DNA from: Thermoplasmatota archaeon
GTDB taxonomy: Archaea > Thermoplasmatota > E2 > JACPAO01 > JAHFTW01
Length of the DNA: 64,000 nucleotides
Direction: 5' to 3'
Assembly: GCA_038046725.1 (NCBI GenBank)
Contig: JBBSVQ010000040.1
Location: 9,526-73,525 of the forward strand
Shown: positions 46,991 through 55,001 of the stretch, one piece after another
Layout of the letters: every line of letters begins with the position of its first letter
Position numbering within the stretch: the stretch's first letter is position 1
Notes under the pieces: generated by a model
Told to the model about the DNA's origin: nothing
The model's database searches: none
The model's input: only the letters and a program-made list of their open reading frames with translations
Made by a program: the position numbers and the translations under genes

Positions 46991-47998
46991 TTGAGGGATG
47001 AGCCTGAAGCGCAAGGTCTCGCAGGCAAAGACCTAACCCGGACGCGCCGCTGGCCCCGTGCCGTGCCCGAACGTCAATGGCCGAAGGACTTCAAGGACCG
47101 CCTCACGACGCCCCTGCCCGGCCGCTCGCACATGTGGCGCATCCTGCGCGAAGGGGGCTTCCGCGGTGACGGCAACGCCGTCCGCGACGCCGCCCTGGTC
47201 CCGCGCGGCGACCGCAAGCTCCCCGACCTGAAGCCAAGCCAATCCAGTGTCACCTGGATTGGGCACGCAACGTTCCTCATCCGCACCGGCGGCCTCAACA
47301 TCCTCGCCGACCCCGTCTGGTCCCCCAAACTCCCCGCCCGCTCCCGCCGCATGACGGAACCCGGCCTCCCCTGGGAGGACCTGCCGCGCATCGACGCCGT
47401 CGTGATCAGCCACAACCACTACGACCACCAAGACAAGCCCACCCTGCTTCGCCTGCCCAAGACGACACCAATGCTTGTCCCCGGCGCATCCGCCACATGG
47501 TTCCGCGCCCTCGGCTTCACCGACGTCCGCGAACTCGACTGGTGGGAATCCACCGAGCTCCAGGGCGTCAAGTTCGACTTCGTCCCCAGCCACCACTGGA
47601 GCCGCCGCGGCCTGCTCGACACCTGCCGCCACCTCTGGGGCGGATGGATCATCACATCGAAGGAGCACCGCCTGTACCACGCCGGCGACACCGGATACGG
47701 CCACTTCTTCACGGAAATCGGCAAACGCTACCCCCGCATCGACGTCGCCATGCTCCCCATCGGCGCCTACGCCCCCCGCTGGTTCATGAAACCCGTCCAC
47801 ACCGACCCCGACGAAGCCATCCAAGCCCTGAAGGACGTCGGCGGCAAAGCCATGGCCTGCATGCATTGGGGAACGTTCGTGCTCACCGCCGAGCCGTTGC
47901 TGGAACCCCTCCACCGGACCCGCGACGCCTGGGCGAAGACGGGGCGCCGCCGCGAGGACCTGTGGGACCTTGGCCTCGGCGAGACGCGGATTCTCTGA
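46991..47998 (+). CDS. MBL-fold metallo-hydrolase (NAPE-PLD-like)
   Basis: ORF track. WIGHATFLI, SHNHYDH and HWGTF motifs. Start uncertain: TTG 46991 lies 6 nt after MITE-like copy G, and ATG 47132 is the alternative. Confidence 0.8.
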   Translation: MRDEPEAQGLAGKDLTRTRRWPRAVPERQWPKDFKDRLTTPLPGRSHMWRILREGGFRGDGNAVRDAALVPRGDRKLPDLKPSQSSVTWIGHATFLIRTGGLNILADPVWSPKLPARSRRMTEPGLPWEDLPRIDAVVISHNHYDHQDKPTLLRLPKTTPMLVPGASATWFRALGFTDVRELDWWESTELQGVKFDFVPSHHWSRRGLLDTCRHLWGGWIITSKEHRLYHAGDTGYGHFFTEIGKRYPRIDVAMLPIGAYAPRWFMKPVHTDPDEAIQALKDVGGKAMACMHWGTFVLTAEPLLEPLHRTRDAWAKTGRRREDLWDLGLGETRIL

Positions 47999-48070
47999 CA
48001 GTTCCGGGGAACGCAGCCCATTCACCGACCTCGCCGTAGGTTCCTCGAGGAGCCTCGTGTTTCCTCAGCC

Positions 48071-48268
48071 ATGGTCCGAACCCGTGACGCCACAACCATC
48101 GAACTCTCCGTGGTCCTGCGCGACCGTCTCCTGCGGTTGAAGGTCCACGAGCGTCAGGCCTGCCACGAAGTCATCGAGGAGGCCCTCGACGTCTATGAGG
48201 ACCTCCTTCGTGAGGGGACGCCGCGGGCCGAAGTCTTATCGGCTTCCTCCGAGTCGGCGCCGACGTGA
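48071..48268 (+). CDS. Small ribbon-helix-helix-like protein
   Basis: ORF track. The TTIELSVVLRDRLLRLKV...HEVIEEALDVYE pattern is compatible with the strand-helix-helix of CopG/RHH. Stop overlaps the lipA GTG (GTGA). Confidence 0.45.
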   Translation: MVRTRDATTIELSVVLRDRLLRLKVHERQACHEVIEEALDVYEDLLREGTPRAEVLSASSESAPT

Positions 48269-49224
48269 CGGGACTGCCGAACCTTCCTTTGGCTGGGGCG
48301 AGCCCGTTGCCCGGAAGTGGTCGTCCGAGGTTGCCGGAGTGGTTCAAGGTCAAGGCGCCCAGCGGGCAGGCTTACACGGAGATTAAGCAGGCGTTGCGCG
48401 AGCGCGGCTTGTCGACGGTGTGTGAGGAGGCGCGTTGTCCCAACCTTGCGGAATGCTGGTCGGGGGGGAAGTCGGGGAAGGGGACGGCGACCATCATGGT
48501 GATGGGTGGCGTGTGCACCCGGGGGTGCCGGTTCTGCTCCGTTCCGACGGGCAAACCGGGCCCTCTCGACGTGGAGGAGCCGAGGAAGGCCGCGGAGACG
48601 GTGGGCATCATGGGGGTCGGGTACGTCGTCATCACGAGTGTGGACCGCGACGACCTGCCGGACCGCGGTGCCGACCACTTTGCGAAGGTCATCGAGCGCT
48701 GCAAGGCTGACCACCCGGAGGTCCTCGTCGAAGTGCTGACGCCGGACTTCGCCGGCAACCCGGACGGGCCCCGCCGCATCGTGGCGGCCAAGCCGGACGT
48801 CGTCGCGCACAACATCGAGTCGGTGCGCCGCCTCACGCCGCTCGTGCGCGATCGCCGGGCCGCTTACGAGCAGAGCCTTGCCGTGCTGCGGGCCTACAAG
48901 GCCGCCGGGGCGAAGTACACGAAGACGAGCATCATGGTCGGCTTTGGCGAAGCCGAAGCGGAGGTCCTCGAGACTCTCAAGGACTTGCGCGCCGCCGGCG
49001 TCGACATCGTGACTTTCGGTCAGTACCTGCGCCCGACGCAGGAGGCCCGTCATCTGCCGGTCACGGAATTCGTTCACCCGGACCAGTTCGCGAAGTACCA
49101 GCGCATGGCCGAGTCGTTGGGGTTCCTCTACGTGGCGTCGGGGCCGCTCGTGCGTTCATCGTACAAGGCGGGCGAGTTGTTCCTTGAAGGCATGATTCGC
49201 GGCGCGAACCCGAAGGTGGCGTGA
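48265..49224 (+). CDS. lipA: Lipoyl synthase
   Basis: ORF track. CEEARCPNLAECW and radical-SAM CTRGCRFC motifs. Confidence 0.95.
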   Translation: MTGLPNLPLAGASPLPGSGRPRLPEWFKVKAPSGQAYTEIKQALRERGLSTVCEEARCPNLAECWSGGKSGKGTATIMVMGGVCTRGCRFCSVPTGKPGPLDVEEPRKAAETVGIMGVGYVVITSVDRDDLPDRGADHFAKVIERCKADHPEVLVEVLTPDFAGNPDGPRRIVAAKPDVVAHNIESVRRLTPLVRDRRAAYEQSLAVLRAYKAAGAKYTKTSIMVGFGEAEAEVLETLKDLRAAGVDIVTFGQYLRPTQEARHLPVTEFVHPDQFAKYQRMAESLGFLYVASGPLVRSSYKAGELFLEGMIRGANPKVA

Positions 49225-49727
49225 TGGAGCCCACCGAACTGCTGCCCTACTTCCAGCTCGTGGGACAGATTGCCCTCGTCGTCGGCGCCGGCGTGGCCGT
49301 CTACCAGCTGATGCAGTTGCGCCAGTCGCGCCATTCGGAGGCGGCGCTGCAAGTCATTACGAGTCTGCAGACGCAGGAGTTCCGCGACGCCTTCAACCTC
49401 GTCAATGAATTGCCGCTCGGGGCGACGGCGGACCAGGTGCGCGCCGACCCGCGCGTCGAGACTGCGGCGGGCACCATCATGATGACGTTCGAGACGCTCG
49501 GTGTTCTCGTGCATTCGCGCATCGTTCCCATTGAACTCGTGGACCAGGTCATCGGCGGGTTCCTGCGCGAGTCCTGGCGCCGCCTGGAGCCGTACACGAT
49601 GTGGAAGCGCAAGGCCATCGGCTCCGCGCGTTGGGGCGAGTGGTACCAGTGGCTCTTCGAGCACCTGGCCGTGAACCCGAGGCGCCAGCAAGGTGCGTAC
49701 GAGGTCTTCCGCGAGTGGAAGGCCTGA
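49224..49727 (+). CDS. Hypothetical protein with N-terminal TM helix (DUF4760-like?)
   Basis: ORF track 49221..49727. ATG 49224 overlaps the lipA stop (TGATG). Family assignment is from memory only. Confidence 0.5.
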   Translation: MEPTELLPYFQLVGQIALVVGAGVAVYQLMQLRQSRHSEAALQVITSLQTQEFRDAFNLVNELPLGATADQVRADPRVETAAGTIMMTFETLGVLVHSRIVPIELVDQVIGGFLRESWRRLEPYTMWKRKAIGSARWGEWYQWLFEHLAVNPRRQQGAYEVFREWKA

Positions 49728-49729
49728 CC

Positions 49730-49924
49730 GCGCCCGTTCGGTGCCCACGCGCAACCAACGTCTTGTGACGCCGACCCCGACGCCGAGGTCAAGCCAGTGA
49801 TTTCTTGGCGGCGCGGGGCGCCGCCTCGCGCGCCTTCGGCGCGCGCTTCGGCACCTGTTGCGTGTGCAAGTCCCCGTCGTCGGCGTCGGAAGGCGTTGGA
49901 CTCGTGCGAGGAGGAATGCGCGCC
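49730..49924 (-). mobile_element. MITE-like repeat core, copy H
   Basis: Reverse orientation. Starts 3 nt after the stop of 49224..49727. Its reverse complement aligns almost end to end with copy A. Confidence 0.65.
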
Positions 49925-50012
49925 GTCATGGCGCGTTGCGGTTGGTGGGGCGCATGAGTCTTGACTTGCACCGGTCCAAGCCGACGCGCTGGACCGTGGG
50001 GGCGGGTCGCCC

Positions 50013-50465
50013 TTAGGCGACCGTGAAGGTCTGCTCGTCGCTCCAGTAGTGGTGCATCTGCTGGTCCTCGTCCATCATGCGGGTGTGGGCGCGCATGTGG
50101 TACGTGCCGGCCTGCATCGGTGCGGTGCAACGCGCCGTGAACGTGCCGGGGACTTCGCCGCTGGTGTGGACGCAGCCCGTCGAGGCCGTGAAGGCCGCCG
50201 TCGGGTCGGATTGGGTGTTGTTCCAGAAGTGGGCGCCGATGTGGTCGCTCATCATGCCGTGCATGTTCTGGTGTTCGGCCGTCGACCGGACCGTGACGTT
50301 GAACATGCCTCCCGGCGCCATCGGCGCCATCGGCACGCCGGACAACTCCATGTGGTAGCTGTCGGTGCCCATCGGCATGTTGCCGTCGTCCCCGGCCGTG
50401 TCGCCGCAGCCGGCAAGCAGGAGGGTCAGGAGGGAGGCGGTGAGGAGGCTGGCGAGGGTTCGCAT
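50013..50465 (-). CDS. Met/His-rich lipoprotein (possible metal binding)
   Basis: ORF track. MRTLASLLTASLLTLLLAGC lipobox. The mature part has many Met and His (MPMGTDSYHM, HQNMHGMMSDH, MMDEDQQMHHY). Confidence 0.65.
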   Translation of the reverse strand: MRTLASLLTASLLTLLLAGCGDTAGDDGNMPMGTDSYHMELSGVPMAPMAPGGMFNVTVRSTAEHQNMHGMMSDHIGAHFWNNTQSDPTAAFTASTGCVHTSGEVPGTFTARCTAPMQAGTYHMRAHTRMMDEDQQMHHYWSDEQTFTVA

Positions 50466-50594
50466 GACCTTGGCATCGGGCCGGCAGCGTTCAACCTTGC
50501 CGGTCGGCTGCTTCTAGGGCGTGCACCTGGAACCTGAACGTTTTCCAGCGTTGTGCCACACACATGATTGGCTGTTCATCTTTGGACGCTCACC

Positions 50595-50601
50595 CTTAAA
50601 G
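50595..50601 (+). promoter_or_regulatory. CTTAAAG TATA-like box upstream of the E1alpha operon
   Basis: 36 nt upstream of ATG 50637, with GAGGAG between the box and the ATG. Confidence 0.35.
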
Positions 50602-50636
50602 GAACCCCCGACTTCGCGCCGCTTGCGAGGAGTGGA

Positions 50637-51731
50637 ATGGCCGACAAGCCGCTTTCGATCCTGGAGTCCAAGAAGAAGTCCGACCTCGAGTTGGACCTCA
50701 GCGACGCCGACCTGCGCCACCTGTACACGACGATGGTGCGCGTGCGCCGCATGGACGAGAAGCTCATCCTGCTGCAGCGCCAGGGCCGCATCGGCTTCTA
50801 CCTCTCCTGCCTCGGGCAAGAGGCCTGCCACATCGGCGCCGCCTACGCCCTCAACGAGGACGACTGGATCTACCCCCACTACCGCAACCCCGGCACCCCG
50901 CTCCTTCGCGGCGTCTCCATGTTGCGCATGGTGAACCAGTGCTTCGGCAACGCCGCCGACGAAATCAAGGGCCGCCAGATGCCCGTGCACTACTCGTTCA
51001 AGGACATCAATTTCTTCAGCATCAGCTCCCCGCTGGGCACGCAGATCATCCAGGCCGCCGGCACGGCGTACGCCATGAAGCTGAAGGGCACGAAGCAGGT
51101 CGCCATGACCTCCTTCGGCGACGGCTCGTCCTCGGAGATTGACTTCCATTCCGGCATGAATTTCGCGGCGGTCACGAAGTCGCCCACCATCTTCATGCTC
51201 GAGAACAACCAGTGGGCCATCTCGGTCCCCACGAGCAAGCAGAGCGCGTCGGAGTCGTACGCCATCAAGGCAGCCGCGTACGGCATGCCCGGCATCCAGG
51301 TGGACGGCAACGACATCCTCGCCGTCTACAAGGTCACGAAGGACGCCGTGGAACGCGCCCGCAACGGCGAGGGCCCGACGCTCATCGAGCTCGTCACCTT
51401 CCGCATGGGCGCCCACTCGACGTCGGACGACCCGAGCCGCTACTGCCCGCCCGAGCAACTGAAGGAGTGGGCCGCGAAGGACCCGCTCAAGCGCTTCGAG
51501 GCGTACCTGCTCAAGACGAAGGTCATCGACGCCAAACTCATCGAGAAGACGAGCGCCGACGCCGTCGCCGAAGTGGACGCCGCCATCAAGGCCGCGGAGA
51601 AGAACGGCCCGATGCCGCCCGTCGAGACGATGTTCGACGACGTCTACGAGCACCTGCCTGACCTGCTCAAGGACCAGAAGGAGCAGATGCTGCGCGACTA
51701 CAAGGAACACGGAATCCCAGGGGCGCACTGA
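50637..51731 (+). CDS. 2-oxoacid dehydrogenase E1 component alpha subunit
   Basis: ORF 50568..51731 with internal ATG 50637. ThDP motif GDGSSSE...ENNQWAISVP. Confidence 0.92.
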   Translation: MADKPLSILESKKKSDLELDLSDADLRHLYTTMVRVRRMDEKLILLQRQGRIGFYLSCLGQEACHIGAAYALNEDDWIYPHYRNPGTPLLRGVSMLRMVNQCFGNAADEIKGRQMPVHYSFKDINFFSISSPLGTQIIQAAGTAYAMKLKGTKQVAMTSFGDGSSSEIDFHSGMNFAAVTKSPTIFMLENNQWAISVPTSKQSASESYAIKAAAYGMPGIQVDGNDILAVYKVTKDAVERARNGEGPTLIELVTFRMGAHSTSDDPSRYCPPEQLKEWAAKDPLKRFEAYLLKTKVIDAKLIEKTSADAVAEVDAAIKAAEKNGPMPPVETMFDDVYEHLPDLLKDQKEQMLRDYKEHGIPGAH

Positions 51732-51928
51732 TGCTGACCACCAACGAATGGGTGCGCGTCTTGATCTGCATCTTCGGCCCGCCGATGGTCCTTGGACTTG
51801 TGCACGTGACGACGAATTTCTTCCAAGTCATGACGCTCGCCGAGGTCATTCTCTTGGGCCTCGTCGCCGGAATTGCAGGCTCTTTTGGCATTTGGAGCAA
51901 GCGCAAATCGCGCGAGGAAGTGGCCTGA
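51731..51928 (+). CDS. Small 2-TM membrane protein (65 aa)
   Basis: ORF track. TGATG overlap with the E1alpha stop. GAGGAA Shine-Dalgarno-like sequence near its own 3' end, ahead of the next ORF. Confidence 0.55.
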   Translation: MLTTNEWVRVLICIFGPPMVLGLVHVTTNFFQVMTLAEVILLGLVAGIAGSFGIWSKRKSREEVA

Positions 51929-52015
51929 ATGGCCGGCTCCACCATCCTCTACCTCCTCCTCACAGGCGCCGGCTGCTGTGTAGCCGGGGCCTGCTTCGTC
52001 CTCGGAGGCAACTGA
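51929..52015 (+). CDS. Micro-ORF, 28 aa hydrophobic Cys-rich peptide (MAGSTILYLLLTGAGCCVAGACFVLGGN)
   Basis: Own translation; too short for the ORF track. The ATG abuts the preceding TGA (TGAATG). GGAGG lies 8 nt before the next ATG. Confidence 0.4.
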   Translation: MAGSTILYLLLTGAGCCVAGACFVLGGN

Positions 52016-52016
52016 G

Positions 52017-52274
52017 ATGCCAGCAACCCTTGAGGAAAACGCCTTGCTCGCCTACGTGAAGGACCGCAAGCAGACGACGGCCAGCCGCGACGCGCGGCTC
52101 CGGACTTACGGGTCCACCGCCATGGAATCTTTGGGAATTGCGATGCTGATTGCGGGCTTCGCGATCGGCCTGTCTGCGACCTTCTTCAGCCCCCTTGTCG
52201 CCATGGCCCTGTTGGCAGCTGCGTGCACGGCAGTCATCCTCATCATCCGGTCCAACAAGAAGGAGGCCGCCTGA
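52017..52274 (+). CDS. Small 2-TM membrane protein (85 aa)
   Basis: ORF track. Starts 1 nt after the micro-ORF stop. AGGAGG in its last codons, ahead of the next ATG. Confidence 0.55.
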   Translation: MPATLEENALLAYVKDRKQTTASRDARLRTYGSTAMESLGIAMLIAGFAIGLSATFFSPLVAMALLAAACTAVILIIRSNKKEAA

Positions 52275-52469
52275 ATGGACACGGAGGTCACTTGGCGGAC
52301 CATTTGGCAGGCCGTGACGTTCATCCTGGTCACCCTCGCCATCGCCTCCCTCGTCGGCAGCATCTTCCCGTTCGGCCAGGTCTTCGTGTTCCTGTTCGCC
52401 GGCTTGATCGCCTACCTCAACGCGCGCTTCTCTCCCTTCACCACGCCGCAGCAGGAGGTCGCCAACTAA
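52275..52469 (+). CDS. Small 2-TM membrane protein (64 aa)
   Basis: ORF track. The ATG abuts the preceding TGA. AGGAGG in its last codons. TAATG overlap with the E1beta start. Confidence 0.55.
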   Translation: MDTEVTWRTIWQAVTFILVTLAIASLVGSIFPFGQVFVFLFAGLIAYLNARFSPFTTPQQEVAN

Positions 52470-53443
52470 TGCCCGTCATGACACTCATCCAGGCCGTCAC
52501 GCACACCCTCGACCAAGCCATGGGCAAGGACGACAACGTCGTCATCCTCGGCGAGGATGTCGGCAAGAACGGCGGCGTCTTCCGCGCCACCGACGGCTTG
52601 TGGGCCAAGTACGGCGACGCCCGCGTGCTCGACACGCCGCTCAACGAGTCCCTCATCATCGGTGCTGCGATTGGCATGGCCACGTACGGCCTGCGCCCTG
52701 TGCCGGAGATCCAGTTCCAGGACTTCATCTTCCCCGGCTTCGACCAGATCGTGTCCGAGGCCGCGAAGATCCGCTACCGCAGCGGCGGCCAGTACTCCGT
52801 CCCGATGGTCATCCGCACGCCGTACGGCGGCGGCATCCGCGGCGGCCACTACCACTCGCAATCCGGCGAGGCGTACTTCGCGCACACGCCCGGCATCACC
52901 GTCGTCATCCCGTCGACGCCGTACGACGCCAAGGGCCTCCTGCACGCCTCCATCGCCTCCAATGACCCCGTGATGTTCATGGAGCCGAAGAAGATTTACC
53001 GCGCCGCCAAGGGCGAGGTCCCCGAGGAGTACTACACCGTCCCCCTCGGCAAGGCCAAGGTCACCCGCGAAGGCACCGACGTCACCCTCGTCTCCTACGG
53101 CGCCATGCTCCCCCTGTGCGAGCAGGCCGCCATCGCCGCCGAGAAATCGAAGATCAGCTGCGAAGTCATCGACCTGCGCACCATCAACCCCTGGGACCGC
53201 AAGACCGTCCTCGACTCCGTCAAGAAGACCGGCCGCGCCGTCATCGTCAACGAAGCCCCCCTCACCGGCGGCTTCGCCAGCGAAGTCTCGGCCACCATCG
53301 CGGAGAACTGCATCGAGCACCTCGAGGCCCCCATCAAGCGCGTCACCGGCTACGACACGCCGTTCCCGTACACGCTGGAGAACCTGTACATGCCCAACGC
53401 CAACAAGGTCGTCCAGGCCATCGAGGACGTCATCAACTTCTGA
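52469..53443 (+). CDS. 2-oxoacid dehydrogenase E1 component beta subunit
   Basis: ORF 52223..53443 with internal ATG 52469. MPVMTLIQAVTHTLDQAM...GEDVGKNGGVFRAT is typical of E1beta. Confidence 0.92.
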   Translation: MPVMTLIQAVTHTLDQAMGKDDNVVILGEDVGKNGGVFRATDGLWAKYGDARVLDTPLNESLIIGAAIGMATYGLRPVPEIQFQDFIFPGFDQIVSEAAKIRYRSGGQYSVPMVIRTPYGGGIRGGHYHSQSGEAYFAHTPGITVVIPSTPYDAKGLLHASIASNDPVMFMEPKKIYRAAKGEVPEEYYTVPLGKAKVTREGTDVTLVSYGAMLPLCEQAAIAAEKSKISCEVIDLRTINPWDRKTVLDSVKKTGRAVIVNEAPLTGGFASEVSATIAENCIEHLEAPIKRVTGYDTPFPYTLENLYMPNANKVVQAIEDVINF

Positions 53444-53476
53444 GGCTGGCTATGCTCTCCCACATGTTCGCCCGCC

Positions 53477-53546
53477 GAACCACGAAACCCACGAAGCGCA
53501 CGAACGAGAGCGCAGCGCTTCGTGCGTTTCGTGCAATTCGTGGTTC
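53477..53546. repeat. 9-nt-unit hairpin element, CACGAA variant
   Basis: GAACCACGAAA-CCCACGAAG-CGCACGAAC ... CTTCGTGCG-TTTCGTGCA-ATTCGTGGTTC. Lies between E1beta and E2. Confidence 0.85.
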
Positions 53547-53563
53547 TAGCGGAGGCGCCTGAC

Positions 53564-55000
53564 ATGACATTCCAATTCAAGCTGCCCGACATCGGCGAAG
53601 GAATCCAAGAGGGCGAAATCGTCCGCTGGATCAAGAACGAGGGCGACGCCGTCAAGGAAGACGAGCCCATCGTCGAAGTCATGACGGACAAGGCCACCGT
53701 CGAGTTGACCAGCCCGCGCAAGGGCGTCATCAAGAAGTGCCACTTCGCCGAGGGCGACATGGCGAAGGTCGGCCAAGTCATCGTCGAGATCGAGGAAGGC
53801 GCGACTGCCAATCCGACGGAGCCACAGAGCGCGCAGAGTCCGCAGACAACGTCTTCTGCGACCTCTGCGGGCTCTGCGGCCCCGGCGAAGTCCGCCGCCA
53901 AGGACGCCAAGGCCGAGTCCAAACCCGAGGCCAAGAAGGAGGAAAAGGAGGAAAAGACCCTCTTCGAGCTCCCCAAGGAGATGGCCGCAGCGACGAAGGT
54001 CATCAACCGGCGCGGAGCCGCCCCGTCGGCCCCGGCCCAGCCCTCCGCGCCCACCAAGCCGGCTGTGCCATCCGGCTACAAGGCCACGGCCGCGCCCGCC
54101 GTGCGCCGCTACGCCCGCGAGAAGGGCATCGACCTCAACCAGGTCCTCGGCACCGGCCAAAATGGCCGCGTGACCCGGGAAGACCTCGACGCGTTCCAGT
54201 CGGGCGGCGCCCGCGCGCCGCAGGACGCCCCCGCCCCGATGGCCGTCGGCGGTGCCCGCTTTGGGTACACCGACGTCAAGTACAGCACGAACCCGGCCCT
54301 CGAGGAGCGCGTGCCGCTGCGCGGCCTGCGCCGCACCATCTCGAAGGCGATGGAGCGCTCGAAGTTCACGGCGACGCACTTCACGTACGTCGCGGAAGTG
54401 GACTGCGACAACCTCGTTCGCCTGCGCGACTCCGCCAAGAAGGTCGCCGATGAGCGCGGCGTGAAGCTCACCTTCATGCCGTTCTTCGTCAAGGCCGCCG
54501 TCGCGGCGCTCAAGCGCCACCCGGACGTCAACGTCGCCTTCGACGAGAACACCTCCGAGATTGTCAAGAAGAAGTACTGGCACATCGGCGTCGCCACGGC
54601 CACGGACGCGGGCCTCATCGTTCCCGTCGTGAAGGACGCGGACCGCAAGGGCGTCCTCGACATCGCCCGCGAAGTGGCGGACCTGTCGGAGCGAACCAAG
54701 GCCGGCAAGGCCAAGCTCGAGGAGCTCACCGGCTCGACGTTCAGCATCACGAGCCTCGGCAAGCTCGGTGGTGTCCTGGCCACGCCCATCCTGAACTACC
54801 CCGAGGTCGCCATCATGGGCGTCCACGAGATGAAGCAGGTCCCCGTCGTCAAGGAGGGCCAACTTGCCATCGGTTGGCGCATGAACCTGAGCTTCACCTT
54901 CGACCACCGCATCGTCGACGGCTACAACGGCGCCATGTTCGCCAACACCCTCGTCTCCTACCTCGAGGACCCCCAGCTCCTCCTGCTGGAGAGTCTCTGA
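53564..55000 (+). CDS. Dihydrolipoamide acyltransferase E2
   Basis: ORF 53522..55000 with internal ATG 53564, GGAGG 9 nt upstream. Lipoyl domain ([11 protein letters not shown]), PSBD ([14 protein letters not shown]), catalytic DHRIVDG. Confidence 0.93.
   Translation: MTFQFKLPDIGEGIQEGEIVRWIKNEGDAVKEDEPIVEVMTDKATVELTSPRKGVIKKCHFAEGDMAKVGQVIVEIEEGATANPTEPQSAQSPQTTSSATSAGSAAPAKSAAKDAKAESKPEAKKEEKEEKTLFELPKEMAAATKVINRRGAAPSAPAQPSAPTKPAVPSGYKATAAPAVRRYAREKGIDLNQVLGTGQNGRVTREDLDAFQSGGARAPQDAPAPMAVGGARFGYTDVKYSTNPALEERVPLRGLRRTISKAMERSKFTATHFTYVAEVDCDNLVRLRDSAKKVADERGVKLTFMPFFVKAAVAALKRHPDVNVAFDENTSEIVKKKYWHIGVATATDAGLIVPVVKDADRKGVLDIAREVADLSERTKAGKAKLEELTGSTFSITSLGKLGGVLATPILNYPEVAIMGVHEMKQVPVVKEGQLAIGWRMNLSFTFDHRIVDGYNGAMFANTLVSYLEDPQLLLLESL
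53808..53880. repeat. 9-nt-unit hairpin element, GCAGAG variant, inside the E2 linker coding region
   Basis: CCAATCC...GCCACAGAG-CGCGCAGAG-TCCGCAGAC aacg TCTTCTGCG-ACCTCTGCG-GGCTCTGCGGC. Translated as [20 protein letters not shown]. Confidence 0.8.
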
Positions 55001-55001
55001 G

